From Anthoceros angustus (taxonomy: Eukaryota; Plantae; Anthocerotophyta): a DNA stretch of 64,000 bases. The notes beneath the pieces are model-generated. The model had not been told where the DNA came from and did not search any database. It saw only the letters and a list, made by a program, of their open reading frames with translations. The stretch's first letter is position 1, and each line of letters opens with the position of its first letter. Positions 40,001-51,516 of the stretch are shown piece after piece. Location of the stretch: the NCBI GenBank assembly GCA_010909165.1, contig MU008168.1, forward strand, positions 930,001-994,000. Direction: 5' to 3'. Position numbers and translations under genes: made by a program.

Positions 40001-40586
40001 TGGCCAGTTGAGCAGCTGTTAAGCTACCAAGCGTGGTTGAATAAGCCTGCTTTCGTTGTGTGCAGGATATATCTAAGCGATACAGTTCTGACTCAAGAAA
40101 AGCCTTGAAAATACAAATATCAGGGGAACTACGTCCAGAGAAACAACAGGTATCCTCTGACACGGTAAGGATCAAGTCTTTCATTTTCATGAGTCTGCTC
40201 AGAGACATTAGGTTCTTAGCCATCTTAGGTACGTATAAGACATCAGGAAGAACTAACATTGTGTCATCATGCAACAGAAATTTGCAAGTACCTGAACCCA
40301 AAATACTTAAACTAGTGGCACTATTCTCATCACCAAGATAAACCTTCTCTGAGACAGAGGAAAGAGTCAGGCAAGTGAAAAGAGATTCATCCCGACAGAT
40401 GTGCGCTGTTGCCCCACTGTCCAGGTACCAACTATCAGCCTCACTCGCTAGAGTATGTAGACAGATGGTTAGAATCCTTACAACTGGCTTGCCTGAAGTA
40501 CGTGTTGAGAAATCCACTGTATGCTTATCTTTGGGTTGCTGTTGAATTCGCAGTGGCAGGGCGAGGTGCAGCCCGCTGAGGTTCAC
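37076..40586 (-). pseudogene. copia-2 pol (protease, integrase, RT, RNase H), broken near 39255-39350
   Basis: WYLDSGATAHIC; LWHARLGH; LVHSDISG, FRSDNGGEF, NGVAERKN; YKARLCARGF, QMDVKTAFLHG, IYGLKQS, VYVDD; GFADADWA, SSTEAEY, SDSQSA, RTKHIEI. Stop plus short deletion after PAEKRRK. Confidence 0.95.
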
Positions 40587-41475
40587 CGGCCTTCTTCTTG
40601 CGACATTCCCGAGCCCAGTGTCCAGGTAATCCGCACCAATTGCAATTACCTTGACGTTTCTGCGTGTTCAATGAAGAGCTCTGGCCACCATTACTGAAAG
40701 GGCGTTGAGACTAATTTCTCCCACAGCCCCGGCCTCTGCCTCTCCATGCAGAAAAAACTTTATCTGTTTTGATCTTATGCTATCCTTGTCCTCTCATCAG
40801 CCGAGTTTGTTCTTCCTGATAGAGGGCACCAATAACAGCACTAAGGGTGGGTGTAACTTGGCCGGCAGGAACAGGTTGGCCAGGTGCTTGAATGGGAACA
40901 TTCTGAGTAGTGACAAATGTCTGATAGCTTGGGGGAAGACTAAGAAGAAACTGAGACACCACATCAATCTCAGTATAGATAGTGCCAAGGGAAGCCAGCT
41001 GAGCACGCAAGTGCCGGAATCTGCTCGCATGAGCAGAAACGGAGTCTCCCTCTTTCATCTTCAGATTGATGAATTCTCCCCTCACAGCACACATGGTCAT
41101 CATATTTTGAACTTGGTAAGTACCAGCCAGTTGGTCCCATATCTCTTTGGCTGAGTCTAAAAATTCCACCTCTGGTACTAAGTCAGAGTCTAGGCCTGCA
41201 ATTATTAGAGCAACAGCTATGCTATTTGATGATTCCCACTTAACTTTTTGTGCTGGAGTGACAGTGGTGCCTGGGATGGTGGGATGCGTAGGTGTGCCAG
41301 GGTTTGGATACGTTCCATCCACAACCCCCCAAACTCCACGAGCAACAAGGGTGGACTTCATCCTGACCTTCCAAATGTCATATCGAGTGCCATTGAACCT
41401 ATCTTTTTCTTTTAAATCTGCAGTAAAGGATGGGGATATGGCTCCAGGTGGAGGAGGGGGCACAGGATTAGACAT
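40560..41475 (-). pseudogene. copia-2 gag with CCHC zinc knuckle, frameshifted near 40780
   Basis: MSNPV...LKEKDRFNGTRYDIWKVRMKSTLVARGVWGVVDG...SAKEIWDQL; knuckle CNWCGLPGHWAREC near 40600-40660. Confidence 0.92.
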
Positions 41476-41747
41476 GACTGACAAAAGACAAAAAGCTAGA
41501 TCAAAGGGAAGCGATAAAGGTGAGCAAAAAATTCAACTGAACTGTCATGGTAATCAGGAAACCCTAACTAACGTATTTTCCTAATTAGGGCTATGGGAAA
41601 TGTCTGTGAAACAGGAATTCGAAAGGTAACTGTCATAACTACCTAAGAAGACAAAAGGCAGGGAGGTAGGGCATCCGAATCGCTAGGATGCCACAGCGGA
41701 TGAAAAAGGAACAGCCCTAACACTGCCCCCCCAAGCAAAGAAAACCT

Positions 41748-42302
41748 TCAAGTAGCATATGCGTCAGGGCTAGGATGCCCTGCGCAATCCACAGATGCAA
41801 CAGTTGATTGTCCAATGTTCATGGACTGCAGCAGCTTCGTAACACACTGTATCCCAGGACCAATCTCATAAGTGCATTGAGTGATGCTGTATTGAAGCCG
41901 TTTCTCTTGATCATGTAATGCCTCCAGAAAAAGATCTTGCCTGGAACGTAGTTGGGAGATTCGGGCCTCAATTCGTTGAAACTCAATATTCTCCTCACGC
42001 AAATTGCAGAGTCTCTCTTGAAACTTAGGATTTTTAATTCCTTTGTGAACAGCCTGCCGGTTGCAAGGGGATATGGTTTCTGTTGTCTGGAAAATACGAC
42101 CCAAGTCAAGATCTCGCAATTGATTACGATACGCCCTTTGTTTTTGAACTTGCTTGTGCCAAATTGCCCTGCGCTGAAGATGATATTCGTCGAGATAGTC
42201 CTGACCCCAAGGACTTCGGCAAGGTGGAGAAATCCCCTGCACTTCTCGACGGTTTTGCAACTCTCGTGGCAATAATACAGCAGCCACCTTCCTGCGAGGC
42301 AT
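41748..42302 (-). CDS. Accessory ORF0 (184 aa) between PBS and gag of copia-2, unknown function
   Basis: Uninterrupted ATG-to-TGA frame, sense to the element, starting 37 nt after the PBS; heptad-like segment LREENIEFQRIEARISQLRSRQDLF. Confidence 0.6.
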   Translation of the reverse strand: MPRRKVAAVLLPRELQNRREVQGISPPCRSPWGQDYLDEYHLQRRAIWHKQVQKQRAYRNQLRDLDLGRIFQTTETISPCNRQAVHKGIKNPKFQERLCNLREENIEFQRIEARISQLRSRQDLFLEALHDQEKRLQYSITQCTYEIGPGIQCVTKLLQSMNIGQSTVASVDCAGHPSPDAYAT

Positions 42303-42338
42303 GGCAGCAAGCTCACAAGGGTCAGTATCTAACGTACG

Positions 42339-42350
42339 GCTCTGATACCA
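42339..42350 (-). promoter_or_regulatory. Primer-binding site (tRNAi-Met) of copia-2
   Basis: Reverse complement is TGGTATCAGAGC, abutting the LTR. Confidence 0.95.
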
Positions 42351-42533
42351 TGTTTCGGACCCTCGAGCATCTGAATTGCGGAAAAACTGAACATGCTGGA
42401 GGGTGAGAGCACCAAAACAAAGAGTGTGATGGCAACTGAATTGAATGTGGCAGTAATGTGCATATGTACAATAAGGGGCAATCAGCCCTAAATAAGTATC
42501 TTAAGTTAACCGTAAGAGGTTACTAGTCTAACA
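42351..42533 (-). repeat. 5' LTR of copia-2 (183 bp)
   Basis: TGTTTCGGACCCTCGAG...TACTAGTCTAACA followed by TSD ACTTT. Confidence 0.96.
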
Positions 42534-45404
42534 ACTTTTGTTTTGACCTCTACCTACTTCTTGTTGCTAATTCTAATGATTTCAGCGTGTACAGCCCAAA
42601 ACGCAGCTTGGAGAGCATGAGGGGCATTGCACAAGCCAAACGGTGTGAGAGCCGAAATGAGATTTACAATTGACTCATTTGGATTATTTTTGGCTAAAAA
42701 ACCCAAACAACTGTTTACAGCATGGCTATACCTTGTTACATCGAAATGGGCCCTCTTACCTCGCCCAAAAAAAAGCTGTGATGCTGACAATAATCTGCAT
42801 AAGATCCAAATATAAACCATGGCTAAACTATTTTAGAGGTTTGGGTGGTTATTATACAATGGGGTTTTGCTTTTAAATTTATTATTCTCTAATTCCGTTG
42901 TACTTCCATGTTTTTGTTTCACTTGAGTGTGGTCTGTTGTTATGGATGACATCCATTTTCCAATATAGTAATTTTTTTACCTTGTACACGGTATGATAAA
43001 TTTTATGTTTTTAATTATTTGTTTAAATACTAAAATCCCGATACTAGGGGCTAGTCCCCTTGGCATGGTGCCCTTCGTTGGGTGGATGGGTTTTGGGGTG
43101 GATGGGTTTTTCCCATCTCTTTTTTATAATAAAGTCTTCTTTCCCTTAAAATCCCAGATACTACCTTGTACATTCATCTTGTACAAGGGCCATCCTTCAT
43201 CCCATGATCACAACACATTTCCACATGTCAGAGCTCAGCATAACCATCATGCCTTACTAGGGCAGGGTGCTCTGCCTGTTGTTGGTTACTTGCATCATTG
43301 TCGTGATTAGAGTGTCAAAGGCTGCTGGAGCAACAAAATTGTTTCACTACCAATGCATCCTGTAGTTCCCTTGCCAATCTACTCAGGATATAAGGGTTTA
43401 GCTAGAAGTGCAGCTTTTTATGCTAAAGGTGCAGCTTCTTGTGGTTTTGAAAGTTCTAGTTGCTCTTTGCTGATATATCATAATACTGAAGGTTCTTTTT
43501 CCTGTGGAAAGACACTTAATTGGCCTTCACTTGACAAATTTTCACATTGACCTTGGTGCCACATAGCACAACCGGCCAGACATTCTCACATACTCGCAAA
43601 GAAGACACTAAGGTAAGAGTCTAAAAGGCATCCATCGAGCCTCTTACGATAACAAAAAAAGAGCAAGATAAATACTTTTGAAATGCATGCTTATGCACCT
43701 AGCTAATTTTTGGCTTCCTTTTTGTACTAGGGATCTGAATCTGCACTTCGTTAAGTCACCAACTCTAGCCCCACCAGAGTTTCAAATTGATATTGTAGCA
43801 CAAGAACAGTAAGTCCAACTTGTTCTACCTAATCTGGCTTGTCTTTTAGTTCTACGGTTTTGATTTTGTACCATTACTTTTCTAATTGTGTCTTGAATGA
43901 TCATGTAGGGATAAGGCAGATCTACCTGCTGCTGCCTCTCAGCCATTGCCATGAGAGGGGGCAAACCGGTAAGTAGCTACATGTTCTTGTTTTCTTATGT
44001 TAATAAGATTTCTCATGCATGTGGTTGTTTGGGAGGTTTGTTGTGCTTCTTTGCCAATTGGCCACTGTTGGCTTGTTGTGGCAGAAGCGAAATCTTTCAA
44101 CATGCGGTTGTGGAGAGTTGTAAGGCCTCATTGTAAAATCTCAGAGGGTCTGCTACATAGTCGCCCTTCCAGTGATGTACGTGCATCTTATGTGTGATTC
44201 ATTAGTGCTTTGTTTCTTTCAAGCACTAGTTAGAGGGTATTGTGAGAGGAAAAGGCTGTTTAGGCTAACTGCCTTAGTGTGCACGCTATGGAGGCGGACC
44301 GCTAAAGATGGGAGGCTCACGAGCGTGCAACAGAATTTTCAGCAGATGAAGACCTTGAAAGTTGAACAGAACCGTAGCACTACGTATGCACTTTTGAAGT
44401 TTGAAGCAGGCCTTGCCATAAGAAAGCGGACTTTTGATTGTAAACACAAGCCCAGTTCTTATACGGAACTATGGCCCTTGGCTCCAACAAGCTATCCCTT
44501 GGTTGAGTCTACTTCTCAGCCTAGCTATGGGAAAAAGGTGCAGTCCGGCGTGCGAGTGCAGAGGCATTGAGGCATCCTTGCAGCACCCTATTGGAGGACC
44601 CTCCTAGTAGTCACATTGTCAAGAGGTTGTGTCTCAACACGCTTGAAGATGGGGGATTGCGATAGCGTTGGTCTGTACGGTGCATACGTACGTGGAGCCT
44701 TTGTAGGAAATGGATTACCACCCAGCCGTGATGCAAAGCCATAATATTGTGCAGAGACGGCATCACATAAGTCCTCAAGCCTGAGGCAATCTTGCTGGTG
44801 GAATCCTTTGATGAGTGATAGTAAGAAAGAGCTCATACATTTGTTCCCCATGTGTATGTGGTCCCATACTAACAGCTCCCTATTGTAACCATATGTCACA
44901 CATGTGCGTAGGTATATCTAACAATATGGCACTCTCGGCGGGACTTGCACAAGTCCAAAAGGCTTGATGTCATAATGTATGGTTGGCTTGTCATCTGCTG
45001 AGCTTTCCTTCACATCTCCCTGTTTGCCTGGTAGGTCACACAAACAAATCCGTTAGTCTTTTGTTCTAGAAGTTTGCTTCTTGCAATTGGGAAATGAAAT
45101 GCTCTCTACTAACCAGAGTCCTTAGAGGCTTTCAACTTCACAAAAGAAGAACTTGCTGCCTCGGCTTCCGCACGAAGTAGAGAGTTCCAAAAATAGTCCC
45201 AATAGTAGTCCCCATGGGGCTTGTGAACGCCCTGAAAGTGTATACCCTCATGCTTATGCTTGATCATTAGGTCCAAGTCCTGAAGGCAGTGTCGGGCAAT
45301 TGTTGCTGCTTCCTCCTCATCCCACACAATTGTTGCGATGTTGAACTTCTTAGGCTATGAGTCTTTTGAAAAGGTCCGTGATCCATCCATATTGACTTCT
45401 TTCT

Positions 45405-46110
45405 ATGGGTTCGAACGAACACGTGTACCTGTTCAAACGATATATGAAAGCCAAGATGATTTGCACAGACAAGAAATGTATGAAATACTTCCTCGAGGAG
45501 GCAAAGGCTTGGTTTGAGGAATTGGGTGACTCCATTAGGATTGACTGGTCGGTTCCCCAGACTACATTCCTCACTCAATTCCGAAGCAAGACCTTTGAGA
45601 AATACTGTAAGAAGTAGTTGAGTTGCTTGTACCAGAAAGATGGCGAGAACATTACTAGCTATATTGATTGTACGCAACGTTGGTGAAGAGGTTGGACCAT
45701 GCCATCTACGAACCCAAGATAAAGCGGGTGAAGAACAAGTTCGTCCAAGGAATTCGTGACGAGTGCTTCTCGAGGAAGATGGAAGAAGATAGTGCTGACT
45801 TGAAGGCCGTGATTGAGATGGCCTTGGAGAGAAGGAACGTCCATTCTCGGTTCAGGCCGGAGTACCCACGACACCGTGGAAGGAGCTCCAACTCTTCTCT
45901 TGAGCCTGCACCAACAAAACCAACGGTCAGTTACGACGCCAAGGACTTGGCTCACAACGATGTCAACAAACGATTGATATGGGAACTTCCTGAGCTTCGA
46001 GTATCCTTCCGAAAGTTGGAGGAAGAAAGGATTGAGGCGGCACGTTCCTAACCACGATAGCCATGCAAGAAGTATGGTACGAGTGAACATACCACTAGGT
46101 ATTGTGTAAA
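45405..46110 (+). pseudogene. Ty3/gypsy-type gag remnant
   Basis: LEEAKAWFEELGDSIRIDWSVPQTTFLTQF resembles the retrotransposon gag core; KNKFVQGIR; degenerate knuckle CKKYGTSEHTTRYC; in-frame stops; no LTR pair identified. Confidence 0.7.
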
Positions 46111-46699
46111 GGGTCCTTCTGGTTACTATGGCGGTTCTAGACATGTAGAGTGGTGCTAGCACCTAGCTCCCAAGAACAACAAGCCACAACCTCACAACAC
46201 TGTAAGAAGGAAGCTAGACAACTAGCTGACAATTGATAGCTTCAACAAACCTCATCATGTCTCTCAGCTGTCTCCAAAGACCTCTAAAATTTAGCAACTT
46301 CAACTATCAGGGCATCTTGCTATTTTTTCACCTCCTCAAAAGATTTGTGAGAATTGCTCGATCGAGCAACCTTCACCTCATACTACTTGAAGTTGTTCTC
46401 TCCTAAAGACTTTTTCGCTGCTAATTCCCCACACAACTCCATGTGCCACTTCTTTACCTCCTCCTTATTCTTCACAAGTCGGACAATGTCATTGTGTCAA
46501 CTATCCAAGAACTCCACATAGCTGGCGAATAAAGGCTAGAATCTCTTCGAGCTCTTAGGCCATAAAAGCTTATTCTGCAACAAACACAGCAGCAGCTCCA
46601 GCTCCATGTGCCTCTAGTACCCTCTCTGTACCTTTAGGCATCACATAGAGTGTCCGCTAATTGAGATTGTCCTTGCTTGTGGTGTTTGCAAATGATGGA

Positions 46700-47720
46700 T
46701 GCATGAACATCAGCAATAGCAGCAACAACAAACATCAGAACAAGCATCAGCATTAGCAGCAACAACAAACATCAGCAACAAGCATGAGCATTAGCATGAT
46801 ACTAATGCTGCTAATGGCCAAACAGACTACTGCTGACTAGGTCAATCACCAGCAGCAGGCATCAATCATCCCAACAAAACTCACCAATGCAGAGTGCATC
46901 TGTCATACAACATATGATCACACACAACAAAGTTAGAAGACACAAGGCTAGGAGCTAACAGCACTAGCATCATATGTGTCACACACAAGGGAAGGAGCTA
47001 ACACTAGCAGCAGCAACAACACCAAACATAAGTTGCTATAGTAGTCACAGCAACTACAGCAGATTCAACACCACATTCATCAGCACTCACAACAGTTACA
47101 CCAACGACAACAAATTCAGCAACGATTTCAATAGTTTCAGCAATTTTAGCAGATTTTCGGCAGCAGTTTCAGCAGATTTAGCAATTTCAGCAAATTTTCA
47201 GCAGCAGTTTCATCAGATTTCTCAATTTTAGCAAATTTTCAACAACAGTTTCAACAGATTTTCAGCAGCAGATTCAGCAGTTTTTGTAGATTTTCAGCAA
47301 TACATTCAATAATTTCAGCAGATTTAGCCGATTCAGCACATTTCAAGTAGCAGATGCAACAGCAATTTCAACAGATTTAGCAGATTTTCAGTAGTAGATT
47401 CTGCAAATTCAGCATATTCAGTACATTTTAAGTAGCAGATTCAACAGCAATTTCAACAGATTTAGCAGATTTTCAGTAGTAGATTTTGCAAACTCAGCAC
47501 ATTCAGCACATTTTTAGTAGAAGATTCAGCGGCCGTTTCAGCAGATTTTCAATAGTTTCAACAGATTTTTATGAGTTTTAGCAGATTTTCAGCAGTAGAT
47601 TCAACAGATTTTCAGCAGCATGTTTCATAGATTTTCAGCAGTTTCAGCAGCAGATTCAACAGATTTTTAGAAGCAGGTTCCATAGATTTTCAGCAATTTC
47701 AACAGAGTTTCAGCATCATT
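46700..47720. repeat. Low-complexity CAG/CAA and TTTCAGCAGATT-type degenerate minisatellite
   Basis: Dense AGCAGATTT, TTCAACAG and CAGCAACA units. Confidence 0.85.
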
Positions 47721-47729
47721 AGCGTTATT

Positions 47730-47972
47730 TGAACTTCAACATGTCCAAGAAGTGCAGGGAGGGAATGACGACGAGGGCCTGGTGATTTGTAATGAACTTC
47801 AACATGTCCAAGAAGTGCAGGGAGGGAATGACAACGAGGGCCTGGTGATTTGTAATGAACTTCAACATGTCCAAGAAGTGCAGGGAGGGAATGACGACGA
47901 GGCCTCGCCTGGTGATTTGTAATGAACTTCAACATGTCCAAGAAGTGCAGGGAGGGAATGACGATGAGGGCC
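47730..47972. repeat. 63-bp tandem repeat, ~3.8 copies
   Basis: Unit TGAACTTCAACATGTCCAAGAAGTGCAGGGAGGGAATGACGACGAGGGCCTGGTGATTTGTAA; the third copy has a 4-bp insertion. Confidence 0.95.
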
Positions 47973-49435
47973 AGGTTATAGATCACCAATCGGAATACGA
48001 GCTCGAAATGGACCATAATGTTATCTCGGTCAATAACCTTAAAATTGAAAGGGGAATAAATCTTGGTGCTGCTGCCGAAGATGATGTCGAACCAAATAAT
48101 AGTTTTACCCCAACTATCACAGGATGCGCGGCCGAGGAAATGGAAACCCTAACGCAAGTGGTGTCTTTGAAAACATGTTTGAGGGTAGCCCGGTACCCAA
48201 CAACCGTCAGAAGCGAAGGAAAAAGCGAAAAGCTTAAATGTCATAAAGGGTAATTTTCAGTGCTTGGCTTTGAGGCTAGATCTATAGTGGTGATTTAGCT
48301 AAAGTCATGCCGGTCAAGGCCACATGTAATCAGAATAGACGATTTTGCAAACCCTTATCCTCACAAAGTTGAGTTTTCTTCTAAAAAAATATGCTATTTT
48401 AGTTGTCCATTATGTTGAGTGTGCGTGCTGCCTTGGTGGGTGCACAAACTTGTGCGCGCACCACCCTCAAACTGTTCGCTTTCCAACAAAAATGACTGAA
48501 GTCAATGAAAGGCAGAAATGCAAAAATGCCAGGAAACTGAAGGTTATGAATTTCATCATCCCTTCTATTTCAAGGCCTTTACATTTGGTTGTGATATAAG
48601 TGATACCGCGATTTTGAACACAAGTTTTCGATGAGTGAACACCGTCCGAAAATGCCAAAAAACCGCAAATGCGCATTTTCGACCAAAAATGGAAGGAATT
48701 TTAGCCAAAACCCCTTTCGGTCCGAGAAACCCGTTTCTATCCACTTTTAACCGCAATCAAAATTGGTCAAAACTGTACGGTCGTATAGAATACCATTCTC
48801 GGTAGCAGGTGACTTGTGTTCATGAACATTATTTTTCACTATATTGTACACATAGATGCCTCGATATCTTCTAGATTCTATGGTATTATACATGCCACAT
48901 CAGCTCGGGATGGCTGTATGTGGCAGAAAAGTTTCCATCACACAACTCAGCCATAAGTGTTCGCATCTAGTCATCCAATTTTTCTTATGGTGTTTATGGT
49001 TTTTGTTGGACATGCATGATACATATAGATGTTTTATGCATATGCGGGCTATGGACATGTCTGGCCCTGCGTGGAGGCCCTGCTCATCTTCGCTTCCGTT
49101 CTTTTTTGCACCCACTAACGAGATCTGTACACAACTTGGCAACGAAGAAATACGGATGACACCGAGACAGCAGGACATTGATTGCATGAGGGAATTCTTA
49201 TATTTCTAGGCTTCTCGCTCTAAAACTTAGATAGGTGTTAGGTGGTAGGCCAAACGATCATGATGTAATGGATTTCCATCATGGGACTTGGTACTTAACA
49301 ACTTGCACCAAGGGCATCCACTCCCTTTAGGTACCCCATCTAAGTACCGATCTAAGCTCATGATGCTTAATCACAGCGTTCTTCTAAATGTGTGTCCATT
49401 TGGACTAAGCCATTCGGACACACATTTGGAGCCAT

Positions 49436-49533
49436 TTGTTTCTATGAGTTAGGGTTAGGGTTTGGTGTGGGTTAAGGTTAGCCAAGGCTAACCTTAATCG
49501 ATACCAAACCCTAACCCCAACTCATAGAAACAA
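49436..49533. repeat. Inverted repeat / hairpin, 48-bp arms and 2-nt loop, containing TTAGGG and CCCTAA units
   Basis: TTGTTTCTATGAGTTAGGGTTAGGGTTTGGT...GGTTAGCC-AA-GGCTAACC...ACCAAACCCTAACCCCAACTCATAGAAACAA. Confidence 0.92.
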
Positions 49534-49619
49534 GAAAATGTTGTATCAAAGATTCTTATATCACACACCTGACGTCATCGGTACACGGGGGACGACCCCT
49601 GTAGCGTATGATGCGGTAA

Positions 49620-49812
49620 ATTTTATTATGTGATCCACCATAAAAACCTGTGGTATACTGCTGATTTTGTTATGTGATCCACCATAAAAACATGTGGTAT
49701 ACTGCTAATGAGAACGGTACACCATAGGTTCCGCAGCTGATTGATGTTATAAGTATTTTCTCAATCGTGCCACTTCATGATGTTATAAATATTTTCTCAA
49801 TTGTACCACTTC
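49620..49812. repeat. Two short tandem duplications (~44 bp x2 and 36 bp x2)
   Basis: TT(A/G)TTATGTGATCCACCATAAAAAC...GTGGTATACTGCT x2; TGATGTTATAA(G/A)TATTTTCTCAAT...CCACTTCA x2. Confidence 0.85.
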
Positions 49813-51516
49813 AAAATAAATATGCCACGACATCTTTAAGATTCTCTTGTACAATACATGTATAATACGTGCCATATCAGCTTGGGTAGGGTCGTACGCA
49901 GGGAAAAAACTTTGTACGATACAGTTTTGGCCGGGTGTTCCCATTGTGTCATGCAGATGTTTTGTTCTTGGGGTTTTAGCGTTCCGATCACCACACATAC
50001 ATGTTAACACGCGGCAGTGCACACATACACAAATTTTTGGGCAAAAGTTTGGTCCGCGTGCAGGTTCGCTCTTGCCTGAAGGCCTCGCTTTCATGTGCAG
50101 GCTTTGTTCTCGTACCGCCTGTACTTGACATTGACGACATTGTGCAGGGAGTGCAGGAGGAGGGGGGAGGCACTACCCGAGTGCCTGCAGCAGTGGACGC
50201 AGGCTGAAGCCACGCTGTGGGCGTGGATAGGGATCAGCCTGCTCCGTTATGTAGTGCACTAGGCCCTTTGAACTTTACACTTGTGCAGTGTAGGCCTTTT
50301 TTGAGTGCAAGCCTTGTATCTGTGCAATTGTTTTCATGGAAGCCCTTCTTGTGTTGGTCCTTCTGGTACAAGCTTGTTTTGTGGTACATCTTGCTATGTG
50401 AACGCACCTACGCTGAAGAGCAATCAAGGGTCTATAGCGGTGCCAAACACTGACCACGCAAGAACGTTGAGTGCAATGCAAACGTAAATGCAAACGCTAA
50501 GCGCAGCGCAGCGCACACATACGCCACCCAGCAGATGCATGATGCAAGGTCACACAAATGCCCATGAACAGATGCAACCCTAAACCCTAGCCACAAGTGG
50601 GCAATAGAAAAAAAGTTTGTGTGCATCATGGTCAAAAGTTTGTGTGCATCACCAGCTTGACGAGATCAGTACACCCCGGGGCCGCAGCCAAGACTGATGT
50701 GGTCATGCGTGACATAATGAAATAGTTCCGCCGCATGCAGCACTTCCAAAACCCTAAAAAAATGTGGATGCCGCGTGATGAGAACGATATTCCATACGGT
50801 ACTACTACTTTTGCTTTCTCCTCGCAAAATTCTGATCGGGCTAGAGAATTCGAGGCACACTTTTTTGCAGCCACCGTTGACTCTATACATTTGCTTACTA
50901 AAACAGCTTGTAAAACGCTGTAAATTCATTTTCTTTCCAGACATGTGGTCTGATCTGACTCTCTTTACTCCGTACATTCACCATAATACAAACTTTCTAA
51001 GCCTGGGCTCATAATCTTCTCAGGCTCCACCTTCACAAGCTAAACATATTTGTAGGCAAAACCTCGAGGACCTTGTTTTGTTCGGACGCTACGCAGAAAT
51101 CGAGATCCATGTCATGGAAATCATGTTGACCGACACTGAATTGTTGACTACCTTGGTGGTTGGAGCTTCCTTGTCTGCCACGAAAAATCAAATAGGTAAT
51201 TCTAGATGGTCTAACGAGCCACAATAAACAATGTCGTAATGTTCATAATCACAGCCCGGCCTGCGGTAGTCCCGAACCACGATGTACTGGGCGCGCGTGC
51301 ACAAAACACTCGGGGTTCCCACACCAAACCTGATGTTAGACGAGTGCGGCGAGATCAATACATACATACACCCACAACGGGAGAAGGAACACTGCAGGCA
51401 GCATCCAGTGTTCATCCCTTCGACAGGATTTAAGACCCTCTCCCGCTATGTCTTGTAAATGCTACATGGGTTGTTGAATGGGAACGGAGGCTGAATGGAT
51501 GACCATGAACCCATTG

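Larger units (their letters stand above)
36244..42533 (-). mobile_element. Ty1/copia LTR retrotransposon (copia-2), near full length
   Basis: LTRs at 36244-36423 and 42351-42533; exact TSD ACTTT at 36239-36243 and 42534-42538; minus-strand PBS at 42339-42350; PPT AAGTGGGAG; order gag, knuckle, protease, integrase, RT, RNase H. Confidence 0.97.

Noticed and set aside
46974-47720. Gln/Ser/Asn-rich ORF as a prion-like protein
   Set aside because: Short frames within a degenerate minisatellite, interrupted by stops.
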